From assembly GCA_965231085.1 (NCBI GenBank), contig OZ246413.1, forward strand, positions 344,971-408,970: 64,000 bases of DNA, in the 5' to 3' direction. Every line of letters starts with the position of its first letter. The first letter of the stretch is position 1. The notes under the pieces were generated by a model that saw only the letters and a list, made by a program, of their open reading frames with translations, had not been told where the DNA came from and made no database searches. Of this stretch, positions 35,494 to 46,311 are shown piece after piece. A program made the translations under genes and the position numbers. The DNA comes from an uncultured Candidatus Saccharibacteria bacterium (GTDB lineage Bacteria; Patescibacteriota; Saccharimonadia; Saccharimonadales; UBA10212).

Positions 35494-38400
35494 TTATTTG
35501 ACTACAACGTTTGTTGAGCCAAAAATGTCAGCAAGCTCCCTGAGACTTGTTTCGTTAACAGCCACAGTTTGAGGCAATTTAATTATTTGCTTGTTGTCGC
35601 TTGGCCCAGTAACTAGAACCACCTCTGTGTCGCCGCTAAATGAATCGATTTTTTCCTTTAAGGCAAGTAGCTGTGATTGGTCGCTACTATCTTCAAGACG
35701 GATGAATATCTTGGGTTTAGCGCTAGCTGCTGCTCTTGCAGAGTTTGTGTTAACACCATACTGTGACAGTTTGTTCTCAAATGTTTTATGATTTTTTGCA
35801 TAAGCCCTGGCCTGCTCTAGCGAAATTGGCTGGGCTGAATCAACCAAGATTTTTAATTCGCTATCTTGATTTGAGCCACGGCCATCACCGATCTTGCCCA
35901 AGGCCAATACTACACTGTCTCTCATAAAAAAGTCTTTGGCATTAAGGTAAGCTTTGGGGAATAGAACTAGTTCAATATCGCCGCTCATGTCTTCAATTCG
36001 AATAAAGGCCATTTTGTCGCCTTTTTTGGTGGTTATTTCGCGCACATCATTAACAACTCCGCCAACTATTAGTGACTTATCCCTGTGGGAAGCGCTTAAG
36101 GTATTTATAGGTACGGTTAATTCGCTAAGGATCTTTTCATATGCGGACAGAGGGTTTTGACTCAAATAAAGCCCCAGCAGTTCTCTTTCCCAAATAAGCT
36201 GCTCGTGTGCAGATATATTAACGGCTGCCTCGCTCAACTTAAATTTAACTACCGCGCCAGAGTCACCTTCGGATGATCCGAACAAGCCAACCTGGCCACT
36301 ATTTTCGTCTTTTTGAACGCGTGCGGCAAAGTTTAGGATATTTTCTAAGTTAGCATAGATTAGGTTACGTTCTCCGAACGCATCTAAAGCCCCAGCCCGA
36401 ATTAAACTATCTAGGGCTTTCTTATTTACAATGCGCGGGTTTACGTGTCGGCAATAATCCTCTAGCGTATCTAGCCGGCCACCACTCGCCTCACGAGCCC
36501 TAATTATTTCTTCTACCACTCCGTACCCCACGTTTTTTATAGCATCCATACCGAATCGTATCTGTCTTTTACCCGGGACTACGGCAAATTCATGGAAGGA
36601 TTCATTGACATCAGGTGGCAAGACTTCAATTTTCATGTGCTTGCATTCCGTTATCTCAATGGCCAGCCGATCTATGTCATCGTAGTCACTAGTCATAAGA
36701 GCCGCCATGAAGGCCGCTGGATAGTGAGCCTTCAAATATGCCGTTTGGTAGGCGATTAAACCATAACAGGCAGCATGGCTCTTGTTAAATGCATAGTCAG
36801 CAAAACCCTCAAGATCTACCCAAAACTTTTCGGCGACCTGCTTCGGTACGTTTTTGGCCAAAGCTCCTTTTATAATTTGATCTTTCATTTTGCGCATTAA
36901 GTCTCGCTTTTTCTTACCGACAGCCTTGCGTAGTGTGTCAGCCTCACCGCCAGTAAAACCGCACATATCTTTAACGATTTGCATAAACTGTTCTTGGTAA
37001 ACCATTACACCGTAGGTATTTTTTAACGCTGGTTTCATCAGTTCGTGATCAAAGCTGACTTTTTCTAAACCATTTTTTCTGGCTATATATTTATCGGTTA
37101 GGCCGGCTGTTAGTGGGCCGGGTCGATACAGAGCAACCATTGCAACTATGTCTTCAAAAGTGCTAGGTTTAAGCTCTTTTAGATACCGACGCATGCCAGA
37201 AGACTCTAGTTGGAATATGCCTTTGCTCTCGCCCTTGGCTAGTAGCTGAAAGGTTTTTTTGTCGTCAAGAGGGATGGTAGAAATATCAATTTCTTTGTCG
37301 TGAACCTTTTTTATAATTCTTAGGGAGTTTTTAATTATTGTCAGGTTAGACAAGCCTAAAAAGTCCATTTTAAGAAGACCAAGCTCCTCAACAGGCCCCA
37401 TCGAATACTGAGTAGCAATTACACCCTTTTGAGCCATCTCGAGCGGTGTATACTCGACTATGTCACCCGGAGCTATAACGACCCCTGCAGCATGCACCCC
37501 GTGGCTTCTAATCGTCCCCTCTAGTTTGGTTGCGAGGTCAAAGACCCTTCTTGATGATTGATTTTCATTTTCGGTTCTTAATTCGGCGTTTTCCTTGAGA
37601 GAGACAGCTAAAGGTATATGTCGGCCTTGCACCGGCGGCGGTATCATCTTAGCAATTCTGTCGGCCTCAGAGTACGGAACCTGCAAGACTCTGGCTACAT
37701 CTCGTACAGAGTTTCTGGCTGCCATCCGGCCAAATGTTACGATATTCGCCACTCGGTCGCGACCATATTTTTCGATACAATAGTTTATAACTTCGTCACG
37801 CCTTGAATCCTGAATATCAATATCCATATCGGGCATACTTATTCGATCTGGATTCAAAAATCTTTCAAATAGCAAATCATAGCGTAAAGGGTCAAGTTCC
37901 GTAATGCGCATAGCGTAGGCCATAATTGATCCCGCCGCCGAACCCCGCCCTGGGCCAAAAACTATGCCCCTGTCTTTACCCCAGTTGATAAAGTCGCTAA
38001 CAATTAAAAAGTAGCCGTTGAAGCCCATATTGTCTACTACTTGCATTTCGTAGCTGGCTCGCTCAATAACTTTTTGATCAAGCAATTTTTGAGCCTCTTT
38101 TGCAGTCAGTTTACTGGCAGCCTCACGTTTTTTCCCTCCATAACGCCAAGCCAAGCCTTGCCAAACCTCTTCTTCAAGTACTTCCTTTTCTGTTTTTTTG
38201 TCCCTTGTAGGAAACTTTGGGATTAGTATTTTACCAAGTTCAATCGTAACCTCGCAGCGCTCTGCTATAGACGATGTATTAGTTATCAATTCCGGGTGGT
38301 CCGGACCCCAGCGCTTAATAATATCCTGAGGGTCAGCAACGTGTAGCTCGAATTCCTTGAGACTAAATCGGTTTTCGTCTGTTAAAAACGCGCCAGTCTG

Positions 38401-39114
38401 CACACATAAAAGAATCTCGTGGGCCTCTTGGTCCTCGTGATTCAAATAGTGAGCATCACAGGTTACAACTGCCGGCACACTCAGCTCCTTGGATAGTCTT
38501 AGAAGCTGCTTATTCACCTCGGTTTGTTCTGCCCATACTGTTGGATGGCTAGGATGACCGTGATCCATTAATTCTATGTAGTATCGATCGTCAAATACTC
38601 CTTTATACCATGCGGCTACCTCTTTGGCTTGCTCGTATTGATCCTGTCTTAGCAGATCGCTGACTTCTCCCCCTATACAGCCGCTAAGGATAATCAGGCC
38701 CTCGTTATATTTTTCCAGCAAAACACGGTCTATCCTCGGACGGTAGTAGAAGCCATCCAGATTGGCAATCGTCGATAGCCGCATTAAATTTTTGTAGCCT
38801 TGATTGTTCATAGCCAGCATAGTTAGGTGGAAGTACTGCCTATCCTTATCTGGGGTCTTGTCCAGGTAAGTTCTTGGGGCAATATAGGCTTCCATACCAA
38901 TGATTGGTTTGAGGCTCTTTTCCTTGGCGGCTTTATAAAATTCAATAACTCCACTCATGGTTCCATGGTCGGTCATGGCTACCGAATGCATCCCCATTTC
39001 TTTTACCCTATCCATTAGAGCTGGGACTTTGGTTAAGCCATCAAGCAGAGAGTATTGAGTGTGGTTGTGCAGATGAACATAATCTGCAAGTTTTAATGAA
39101 GAGGTTTTTCCCAT
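35494..39114 (-). CDS. dnaE: DNA polymerase III alpha subunit
   Basis: 1206 aa with the N-terminal PHP domain (HLHNHTQYSLLDG), polymerase core, OB fold and tau-binding regions. Confidence 0.9.
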   Translation of the reverse strand: MGKTSSLKLADYVHLHNHTQYSLLDGLTKVPALMDRVKEMGMHSVAMTDHGTMSGVIEFYKAAKEKSLKPIIGMEAYIAPRTYLDKTPDKDRQYFHLTMLAMNNQGYKNLMRLSTIANLDGFYYRPRIDRVLLEKYNEGLIILSGCIGGEVSDLLRQDQYEQAKEVAAWYKGVFDDRYYIELMDHGHPSHPTVWAEQTEVNKQLLRLSKELSVPAVVTCDAHYLNHEDQEAHEILLCVQTGAFLTDENRFSLKEFELHVADPQDIIKRWGPDHPELITNTSSIAERCEVTIELGKILIPKFPTRDKKTEKEVLEEEVWQGLAWRYGGKKREAASKLTAKEAQKLLDQKVIERASYEMQVVDNMGFNGYFLIVSDFINWGKDRGIVFGPGRGSAAGSIMAYAMRITELDPLRYDLLFERFLNPDRISMPDMDIDIQDSRRDEVINYCIEKYGRDRVANIVTFGRMAARNSVRDVARVLQVPYSEADRIAKMIPPPVQGRHIPLAVSLKENAELRTENENQSSRRVFDLATKLEGTIRSHGVHAAGVVIAPGDIVEYTPLEMAQKGVIATQYSMGPVEELGLLKMDFLGLSNLTIIKNSLRIIKKVHDKEIDISTIPLDDKKTFQLLAKGESKGIFQLESSGMRRYLKELKPSTFEDIVAMVALYRPGPLTAGLTDKYIARKNGLEKVSFDHELMKPALKNTYGVMVYQEQFMQIVKDMCGFTGGEADTLRKAVGKKKRDLMRKMKDQIIKGALAKNVPKQVAEKFWVDLEGFADYAFNKSHAACYGLIAYQTAYLKAHYPAAFMAALMTSDYDDIDRLAIEITECKHMKIEVLPPDVNESFHEFAVVPGKRQIRFGMDAIKNVGYGVVEEIIRAREASGGRLDTLEDYCRHVNPRIVNKKALDSLIRAGALDAFGERNLIYANLENILNFAARVQKDENSGQVGLFGSSEGDSGAVVKFKLSEAAVNISAHEQLIWERELLGLYLSQNPLSAYEKILSELTVPINTLSASHRDKSLIVGGVVNDVREITTKKGDKMAFIRIEDMSGDIELVLFPKAYLNAKDFFMRDSVVLALGKIGDGRGSNQDSELKILVDSAQPISLEQARAYAKNHKTFENKLSQYGVNTNSARAAASAKPKIFIRLEDSSDQSQLLALKEKIDSFSGDTEVVLVTGPSDNKQIIKLPQTVAVNETSLRELADIFGSTNVVVK

Positions 39115-39183
39115 TCCTTACAGTATATAAAATAAGTCTCCTAACCAGGCTTAGCCAAGCCTCATTTTACAACGCTAAATATT

Positions 39184-39588
39184 TTAATTTTTTAGATATT
39201 TTTTAAGGTTTTTTACTGCTTCTTGGCCCTGCTTGATAGCCGCATCGAGGTCGGAATTATCAGCTTTACCGTTTTTTACAGCTTTTATAATTGATTTGGT
39301 TTTATCCTGAGCGATACGAGCCTTAGCGGCAGCTTCGTCAAATTCAGCTCTAGCAGGAGCCGTTAGTTTGGCGGCTTTTGACCTAGTTTCAGCTATAACC
39401 CTCGCTAGTTCAGATTCAACTTCTTTTAATTTTTCTAGGCTTGCTGACTTAATATCACCAGCCTTATCAGCAATATCCTGCCTGGTTTCTTTGCCACTTT
39501 TCGGGGCTGTTAGTATACCGGCTATAAATCCAATGATACCTGTTATTAATGCAAAAACTACGAATTTCTTCTTATTACTCTCAGCCAT
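39184..39588 (-). CDS. YtxH-like membrane protein
   Basis: 134 aa: N-terminal TM followed by APKSGKETR, the YtxH signature, then a coiled region. Confidence 0.55.
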   Translation of the reverse strand: MAESNKKKFVVFALITGIIGFIAGILTAPKSGKETRQDIADKAGDIKSASLEKLKEVESELARVIAETRSKAAKLTAPARAEFDEAAAKARIAQDKTKSIIKAVKNGKADNSDLDAAIKQGQEAVKNLKKYLKN

Positions 39589-39589
39589 A

Positions 39590-39853
39590 TTAATTCTCCC
39601 TTTTCTTTTTAAGCTTAGCTACACTTTCAACTATATTAGCTACTACTTTTAATGCCGCAATTGGAGTTGCAGTTTTTTCAAAGGCGCTAGCGGCTGACTC
39701 AACACTAGTTGCAACGTTCTCAGCTTTTTCAACAATTTTCCTGACCTGCCTAACAAGACAGACTAGGTTATACAGCATTAAGCTAAAGAGTATTAAAAAT
39801 ATTGTTAAGGCGGCACTTACTACTATCAGTGTTATTACTGCTGTATCATTCAT
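39590..39853 (-). CDS. Small membrane protein (DUF948-like), partner of the YtxH-like gene
   Basis: 87 aa: one TM plus an amphipathic helix. Adjacent to and co-oriented with the YtxH-like gene. Confidence 0.45.
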   Translation of the reverse strand: MNDTAVITLIVVSAALTIFLILFSLMLYNLVCLVRQVRKIVEKAENVATSVESAASAFEKTATPIAALKVVANIVESVAKLKKKREN

Positions 39854-39868
39854 AATCTAATTATAGTC

Positions 39869-40762
39869 CTATAAACTAAGCTGTCGCAAATATGACTTAA
39901 AGTCTTCACCTATATCTTTTCTAGCTAGGGCGAAATCGACTACCGTTTTTAAATAGCCGAGCTTGTCGCCTGCGTCGTAGAACTTTCCGTCCGCAATTTT
40001 TAAGGCTATGACCTTACCCGAGTCATTAATAAGACGTTGAATCGCCGCCTGGATTTGAGTGTTGACTCCTTGATTGTTTTGTTCGATTTCCTGGTTCATG
40101 TACTTGATAATCTCGTTAGTGAATAAGAAACCGCTGACGCTTGCTAGGTTGGAGGGTGCTTTATCCTTACCAGGCTTTTCAACAATGGTAGTCACATTAA
40201 GAACATCGGTCTCTAGTTCTTGCCCGGCAACGATACCGTACTTGTCATATTCCTTGTCGGATGTAACTTCAACGCAAGACAAAACAGATGCATCGTACTT
40301 CTCGTAGGCACTTATCATTTGCTTGAACCTGAGCGGTGAAGAGAGGATAAAATCATCACTCCACGTATAAATAAACGGTTCGTCACCGACCCAGTCTTGG
40401 GCATAATATAAAGGCCCTAGGTTACCGAGAGCCTCTTTTTGACGAACGTACGCTATATTGGCAAGATCCGATATTTTTTTAATGTCATCCAGATAACTCA
40501 GCTTGCCGCCTTGCTCCAGCAGACTTGCTAGCTCGGCATTTGGAGAGTCAAAGTGATCTTCAATGACCCGCTTATGATAGTTAGTCACTATTACAATGTC
40601 AGTTATCCCCGAGTCAACAAGCTCTTCGACAACGTACTGAATTATTGGCTTATCAACCAGAGGTAGCATTTCCTTGGGCATAGCTTTGGTCTGTGGCAAA
40701 AATCGAGTTCCAAAGCCTGCCGCGGCTATAACGGCCTTTCTGACTTTTTTAGGATTATGCAT
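39869..40762 (-). CDS. galU: UTP--glucose-1-phosphate uridylyltransferase
   Basis: 297 aa with AAGFGTRFLP and LPLVDKP motifs. Confidence 0.85.
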   Translation of the reverse strand: MHNPKKVRKAVIAAAGFGTRFLPQTKAMPKEMLPLVDKPIIQYVVEELVDSGITDIVIVTNYHKRVIEDHFDSPNAELASLLEQGGKLSYLDDIKKISDLANIAYVRQKEALGNLGPLYYAQDWVGDEPFIYTWSDDFILSSPLRFKQMISAYEKYDASVLSCVEVTSDKEYDKYGIVAGQELETDVLNVTTIVEKPGKDKAPSNLASVSGFLFTNEIIKYMNQEIEQNNQGVNTQIQAAIQRLINDSGKVIALKIADGKFYDAGDKLGYLKTVVDFALARKDIGEDFKSYLRQLSL

Positions 40763-42166
40763 TTAGACCTCCAGTTGTTTTTTTATTATTTGTTGAGCTA
40801 GCTCAGGATTTGCCTTGCCCTTGCTCCTGGCCATTACCTGGCCAACTAGGAAGCCGATGGCCTTCAGCTCTCCGTTCTTAACATCATTTGCCGCTTTCTG
40901 GTTGTTCGCCAGAACGTCAGCCACTATTTTCTCAATTTCGTTTTTGTCGGAAACTTGCTGGTTCTGACTTATTAGTTCATCTACGCTATCAGTAGAACCG
41001 GCTACCATTGCCCCTAGAACAAGATTAGCCGATGACGAGCTTAATGTCCTCGATATTACTGCGTTAGCTACTTTTATATGGTCTTTTGGATCGAGTTTTA
41101 GAGAATCGGGCTTTTCTAGTGAGTCGTATGCTATGCGACGAATAACGTCACTAGAGTCAGTTAATTTCGAAACTTTGGATATTTTTTCATAAACTTCAAC
41201 ATTATCTAAAACTTCTTCAATAAGAGTATCGTTAACATCTAAACCAGATAGTTTGCGACGTATGTCCTTTGGTAGTTCTGGAGTGGTGGCTTGTATCTTA
41301 AGTAATTCTTCGTCGCTAAGAACAATCGGTGGAATATCCGGTTCGGGCATATACCGATAGTCATGGGCCTCCTCTTTGCCCCGCTGACTGGTTGTTTTTT
41401 GTTTTGCTTCGTCCCAGCCACGAGTTTCTTGCTGTACCTTTTCGCCTTTTTCTAGAAGCGCAGCTTGACGCTCAATTTCATAATTAATGGCGTTTTCGAC
41501 GCTCTTAAAACTATTTAGGTTTTTAATTTCAGCCCTGGTGCCTAGCTTGCTCGGATCAGTACTCAAACTAACGTTAACATCAAATCGCATATGACCCAGA
41601 TAAAGGTCGCAGTCGCTAATACCAGCGTATTTCATAATTAAGTAAAGCTCGCGTACGTAAGCCTTAGCTTCGGCTGCCGAGTGGATTTGGGGCTCACTAA
41701 CAATTTCTAGCAGCGGTGTACCGGCTCGGTTAAGGTCTACTAAGGAATAATCTGCTCCATCGGGATGAGTATTTTTGCCGGCATCTTCTTCGAGATGGGC
41801 TCTTACGATCCCAATCTTCTTGATCTGCGAACCAACCCTAATCTCCACATGGCCGCCAAGAATTATTGGTTGGTCGTACTGACTAATTTGATAACCTTTT
41901 GGAAGGTCAGGATAAAAATAATGTTTTCTGTCGAACTTACTGAATTTCTGTGGCTTAGTGTTGAGTGCATAGGCCGCTTGGACACACAGCTCAACAGCTT
42001 TGCTGTTTAGAACGGGCAAAGCTCCCGGCATACCAACGCAAATATGGCTTATGAGTGTGTTGGGCGGGGCGTTTTTGGCGTCATTATCAACGGCCGCAAA
42101 TAGTTTGGTTTTCGTTTTAAGCTGAACGTGCGTTTCTATACCAATTGTCGGAATATATTTACTCAT
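40763..42166 (-). CDS. gatB: Asp/Glu-tRNA(Asn/Gln) amidotransferase subunit B
   Basis: 467 aa with GIETHVQL and a GatB/YqeY C-terminal domain. Confidence 0.9.
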   Translation of the reverse strand: MSKYIPTIGIETHVQLKTKTKLFAAVDNDAKNAPPNTLISHICVGMPGALPVLNSKAVELCVQAAYALNTKPQKFSKFDRKHYFYPDLPKGYQISQYDQPIILGGHVEIRVGSQIKKIGIVRAHLEEDAGKNTHPDGADYSLVDLNRAGTPLLEIVSEPQIHSAAEAKAYVRELYLIMKYAGISDCDLYLGHMRFDVNVSLSTDPSKLGTRAEIKNLNSFKSVENAINYEIERQAALLEKGEKVQQETRGWDEAKQKTTSQRGKEEAHDYRYMPEPDIPPIVLSDEELLKIQATTPELPKDIRRKLSGLDVNDTLIEEVLDNVEVYEKISKVSKLTDSSDVIRRIAYDSLEKPDSLKLDPKDHIKVANAVISRTLSSSSANLVLGAMVAGSTDSVDELISQNQQVSDKNEIEKIVADVLANNQKAANDVKNGELKAIGFLVGQVMARSKGKANPELAQQIIKKQLEV

Positions 42167-42571
42167 CTATAAGGCCCCTAGATCTTTCAAAGCCTGCCTA
42201 AAACCAGCCAGCGCATTTTGGGCTTCGTTCTTTTTTAGGTTGGCACCAGTATTGTGCACTAGTCGGTTACGCAGCTTATGCGCATACCAGACGGCATCGT
42301 TATCTGACAACTCGCGTTGGGCGGCCACTAATCTCTCGCCCATAGTCTTACCTTTAAAATGTTGCTTTTTAAGACATTCGTCCAAGAGTTTATCGGCATC
42401 TATAACAGCCAATACCATGCCATCAGCCGTTTTTACTCTAGCCAGTAAATCCATCCACCTTTTTTGAAAATATTCCTGATCAAGTTTGTGGCCTGGGCGT
42501 TTAACAAATTTGGTAAGAATTATAAGTACTAAAATACCAAACAGGATTATTGCAACTAAAAATTCTATCAT
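42167..42571 (-). CDS. Hypothetical membrane-anchored protein inserted between gatA and gatB
   Basis: 134 aa with an N-terminal TM (IEFLVAIILFGILVLIIL) and a helical cytoplasmic part containing RNRLVH. It overlaps the gatA stop by 4 nt and abuts the gatB start. Confidence 0.5.
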   Translation of the reverse strand: MIEFLVAIILFGILVLIILTKFVKRPGHKLDQEYFQKRWMDLLARVKTADGMVLAVIDADKLLDECLKKQHFKGKTMGERLVAAQRELSDNDAVWYAHKLRNRLVHNTGANLKKNEAQNALAGFRQALKDLGAL

Positions 42572-43986
42572 TCGACTACCTCAAAAGCCTTGGCCGCTGC
42601 TAAAACTTTACGGTCGTCCGACTGTTTACCAATTATTTGTAAACCTACGGGGAGCCCATTATCTAGGCCGGCAGGCACACTAATCGCCGGCATACCAGTG
42701 ATATTAGCCGCCACTGTTATTACGTCGGTGAGATACATCTGTAATGGATCTTTAATTTTCTCGCCAATCTTAAAGGCTGTCATGGGTGCTGTTGGTCCAA
42801 TCAGCAGGTCATACTTTTCGAAGGCTTGGCTCATCTCCTTAATAATCTTGGTTCTCACGGTTTGTGCTTTTTTATAATAAGCATCGTAATACCCGCTGGA
42901 AAGAACATAGGTCCCAATCATTATGCGACGTTTAGCTTCAGCACCAAACCCCTCTTCTCTAGACAGCTCATAACTTTCGTTGAGATTTTTTGCTTGTTTT
43001 GAGCTGTGACCGTAGCGTTGACCATCGTAACGAGCCAGATTGCTGCTTACTTCTGCAGGGCAAATTATGTAGTAGACGGCTAAGGCCAGATCGACACTGG
43101 GCAGACTTACCTCTTCAACACTTGCCCCAGCTTTAGTGAGCTTATCAACAGCAGCTTTTATGACCTTCTTGGTTCCTGGCTCTAAGTCGTCAGTAAAGTA
43201 CTCCTTTACTAGACCAATCTTTTTACCAGAAAAGTCATAGTTAAGATCAGTATAGGCAGATTCATCTCGGTTTATAGTGGTGCTGTCTAACTCATCTTTA
43301 CCGGCTAGTACATCAATTATCAACGCCGCATCATCAACGGTTTTTGTGATTGGGCCAATAACGTCTGTGCTGCTGGCCATGGCTATAACACCGCTACGAC
43401 TAACTAGGCCATATGTTGGCTTATAGCCAACTGCGCCGCAGAAACTGGCTGGCAAGCGAATCGAGCCACCAGTATCCGTACCAAGCGCAAACGGAGCCAT
43501 ATTTAGCATGACTGCCGCAGCAGAACCACCAGAACTGCCACCAGGCACCCGGGTTACATCGTGTGGGTTTTTGGTAGTAAAAAAATCACTGTTTTCGGTG
43601 CTAGAACCGTGAGCAAAAGCGTCAAGATTGGCCTTCGCGACACAAATAGCACCTTCGGCTTCTAGACGGTTAATGGCTGTTGCCTGATATGGGGCTTCAA
43701 AATTCTTTAAGATATTACTTGCCGCGGTTGTCTTGCCACCAATGGTTAGAAAGTTGTCTTTTGTGATAAAAGGAACGCCAGCCAACCTGCCAGGATTTTT
43801 GCCAGAAGCAACAGCCGCATCTATTTGTTTAGCTCTAGAGATTGCTTGATCACTCAGGGTTGAGATAATTGCTGAGTATTCATTTCCTCTGTCGATGGCG
43901 TCTAGGGCTTTTTGAACCAGTTCCGTGGCTGTCGTTTTGCCACTTCTGACAGACTCAGCAAGACCATCTATTGGTAGCCAGTTCAT
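42568..43986 (-). CDS. gatA: Glu-tRNA(Gln) amidotransferase subunit A
   Basis: 472 aa with the amidase signature GGSSGGSAAAV. Confidence 0.9.
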   Translation of the reverse strand: MNWLPIDGLAESVRSGKTTATELVQKALDAIDRGNEYSAIISTLSDQAISRAKQIDAAVASGKNPGRLAGVPFITKDNFLTIGGKTTAASNILKNFEAPYQATAINRLEAEGAICVAKANLDAFAHGSSTENSDFFTTKNPHDVTRVPGGSSGGSAAAVMLNMAPFALGTDTGGSIRLPASFCGAVGYKPTYGLVSRSGVIAMASSTDVIGPITKTVDDAALIIDVLAGKDELDSTTINRDESAYTDLNYDFSGKKIGLVKEYFTDDLEPGTKKVIKAAVDKLTKAGASVEEVSLPSVDLALAVYYIICPAEVSSNLARYDGQRYGHSSKQAKNLNESYELSREEGFGAEAKRRIMIGTYVLSSGYYDAYYKKAQTVRTKIIKEMSQAFEKYDLLIGPTAPMTAFKIGEKIKDPLQMYLTDVITVAANITGMPAISVPAGLDNGLPVGLQIIGKQSDDRKVLAAAKAFEVVE

Positions 43987-43988
43987 AC

Positions 43989-44279
43989 CTATAGCACCCT
44001 CTTTACTTGATATTGGCCATCTTTTACAGCTGGTGCCGATTTTAATAACTCTTCTGGTTTGGCCTGATAATCCTTGACTTTGTCTTCACGCGTGACCGTA
44101 ATTAAGCCCGACACCTGATATGTTGGCTCCTCGTCTGCAGTATCAACAGTGTCTAGCATCTCTACATAGCCGAGTATTTCTGATAATTCAGTCTGAAATT
44201 TTGCAATTTCCTGCTCAGAAAGCTTAAGCTTGCTTAAACCAGCCAACTTCAAGATATCTTCCCGGGTAAGTTTACTCAT
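43989..44279 (-). CDS. gatC: Glu-tRNA(Gln) amidotransferase subunit C
   Basis: 96 aa of GatC size and pattern, directly upstream of gatA. Confidence 0.8.
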   Translation of the reverse strand: MSKLTREDILKLAGLSKLKLSEQEIAKFQTELSEILGYVEMLDTVDTADEEPTYQVSGLITVTREDKVKDYQAKPEELLKSAPAVKDGQYQVKRVL

Positions 44280-44322
44280 CTTCTTAGGCTTAATTATACC
44301 AAAGAAGTTAATTTGTCTGGTG

Positions 44323-46293
44323 TCATAATTTGGCTTTTATTTCGGCGATTAAATCACGTAGGTCAGCAGCTTTTTCAAATTCTAAGTTAGCGGCGGCCAA
44401 ATCCATCTGGGCCGTCAAATCGTGCATCAAATGTTTGTATTCGTCTTTTGGTATTTTCTTAAGATCAATATTGCGTCTTTGGGCTGCCGTTTGTTCCTTT
44501 GATTCATGGGGCAGCATATCACCAACCACTCGGCTGATGCTGGTAGGAGTTATGCCGTTATCCTCATTGTATTTTGCCTGGATTTTACGACGTCGGTTTG
44601 TCTCATCAATTGTCTGCTTCATACTACCGGTAATATTATCGGCATACATTATGACTCGACCCTCTTGGTGGCGAGCTGCCCGGCCTACTGTCTGGATCAG
44701 TGCCTGTGAGCTTCTTAGGAATCCTTCTTTATCAGCGTCCATAATAGCTACTAAGCTAACTTCTGGCAGGTCTAGCCCCTCGCGCAGTAAGTTAATACCT
44801 ACTAGGACGTCGTAAACGCCTAGTCTGAGGTCTCTTAAAATATCAACCCTATCAAGCGTATCTACTTCGGAGTGAATATAAGATACTTTAATGCCGAGTT
44901 CTTTAAGGTACTCACTCAGATCTTCGGCCATGCGCTTTGTTAAAGTCGTAACTAAAACTCGTTGTTTCTTAGATGTGGTATGCCTAATTTCAGCAATCAG
45001 GTCATCGATTTGACCCTCGGTTTTACGAATTTCTATTACCGGATCAAGCAAGCCTGTCGGGCGTATAATCTGCTGAATCGGCTCAGGGCTTCTTGATAGC
45101 TCATACTCAGCCGGGGTAGCACTAACATATACAACTTGGTTGATATGTTTTTCAAACTCGCTAAAAGTTAATGGTCTATTATCTAGAGCGCTAGGTAGTC
45201 GAAAACCATAATCTACTAAAACTTCTTTCCTGGCTCGATCGCCATGATACATCCCACGGACCTGCGGAATACTCATATGGGATTCATCAATTATCATTAG
45301 GTAATCGTCTGGAAAATAATCTAGTAGCGTAGCCGGTTGCTCGCCCGGCTCACGGTTTGTTAGGTAGCGACTATAGTTCTCAATGCCTTTTACAAAGCCG
45401 GTAGTTTCGAGCATTTCCAGATCAAACTTCACTCGCTGCTCTAATCGCTGGGCCTCTACAAGTTTGTCGTGAGATTTGAACCATTTGATACGCTCATCGG
45501 CCTCTTCGCGAATTTTAACCATGGCTAACTTTAACTTTTGCTCAGGCGTTACATAGTGCGAGCCAGGAAAAATCGTAACCTCCGTAAGCTCGGCTTCAAT
45601 TTCACCAGTCAGTGGATTAACCTTTGTAATTCGATCTACTTCTTCGCCAAATAATTCTACTCTGTAAGCCGATTCCTCGCCGGCTGGATATATATCAATC
45701 ACATCGCCCCGAACCCTGAATGTACTGCGATGGAAATCTATATCATTACGTCGATACTGAATATCTGTAAGTTGGCGCAGTAACTTATCCCGAACTCGCC
45801 TTTCACCTTTTTTTAATCTAATAGCCAGACTGTCATAATCTTCAACCGATCCGATGCCGTATATACATGAAACACTGGCCACAATAATCACGTCACGGCG
45901 AGACAATAAGGCGGCGGTTGCAGCATGACGCAACCGATCAATTTCTTCATTAATGGCGCTGTCCTTTTCTATATAAACATCGCTACGAGCTATATAGGCC
46001 TCTGGCTGGTAGTAATCAAAATAGCTTACAAAATAATGCACCGCATTATCTGGGAAGAACAGTCTAAATTCGTTATAAAGTTGAGCAGCCAAAGTTTTGT
46101 TATGAGATAAAACCAGGGTTGGTTTACCGGTATTGGCGATAAGATTGGCCATAGTAAAAGTTTTACCACTACCGGTTACACCTAACAGCGTTTGCTCCTT
46201 AACAGCTTGGTTGAGTCCATCGGTCAATGCAGCAATAGCCGCAGGCTGATCGCCCTGCGGTTGATAGTCACTAACTAACTTGAAGTCACTCAC
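44323..46293 (-). CDS. uvrB: Excinuclease ABC subunit B
   Basis: 656 aa with [10 protein letters not shown], helicase motifs and a C-terminal UVR domain. Confidence 0.9.
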   Translation of the reverse strand: MSDFKLVSDYQPQGDQPAAIAALTDGLNQAVKEQTLLGVTGSGKTFTMANLIANTGKPTLVLSHNKTLAAQLYNEFRLFFPDNAVHYFVSYFDYYQPEAYIARSDVYIEKDSAINEEIDRLRHAATAALLSRRDVIIVASVSCIYGIGSVEDYDSLAIRLKKGERRVRDKLLRQLTDIQYRRNDIDFHRSTFRVRGDVIDIYPAGEESAYRVELFGEEVDRITKVNPLTGEIEAELTEVTIFPGSHYVTPEQKLKLAMVKIREEADERIKWFKSHDKLVEAQRLEQRVKFDLEMLETTGFVKGIENYSRYLTNREPGEQPATLLDYFPDDYLMIIDESHMSIPQVRGMYHGDRARKEVLVDYGFRLPSALDNRPLTFSEFEKHINQVVYVSATPAEYELSRSPEPIQQIIRPTGLLDPVIEIRKTEGQIDDLIAEIRHTTSKKQRVLVTTLTKRMAEDLSEYLKELGIKVSYIHSEVDTLDRVDILRDLRLGVYDVLVGINLLREGLDLPEVSLVAIMDADKEGFLRSSQALIQTVGRAARHQEGRVIMYADNITGSMKQTIDETNRRRKIQAKYNEDNGITPTSISRVVGDMLPHESKEQTAAQRRNIDLKKIPKDEYKHLMHDLTAQMDLAAANLEFEKAADLRDLIAEIKAKL

Positions 46294-46311
46294 CTGTTAA
46301 TTGTAGCAACT

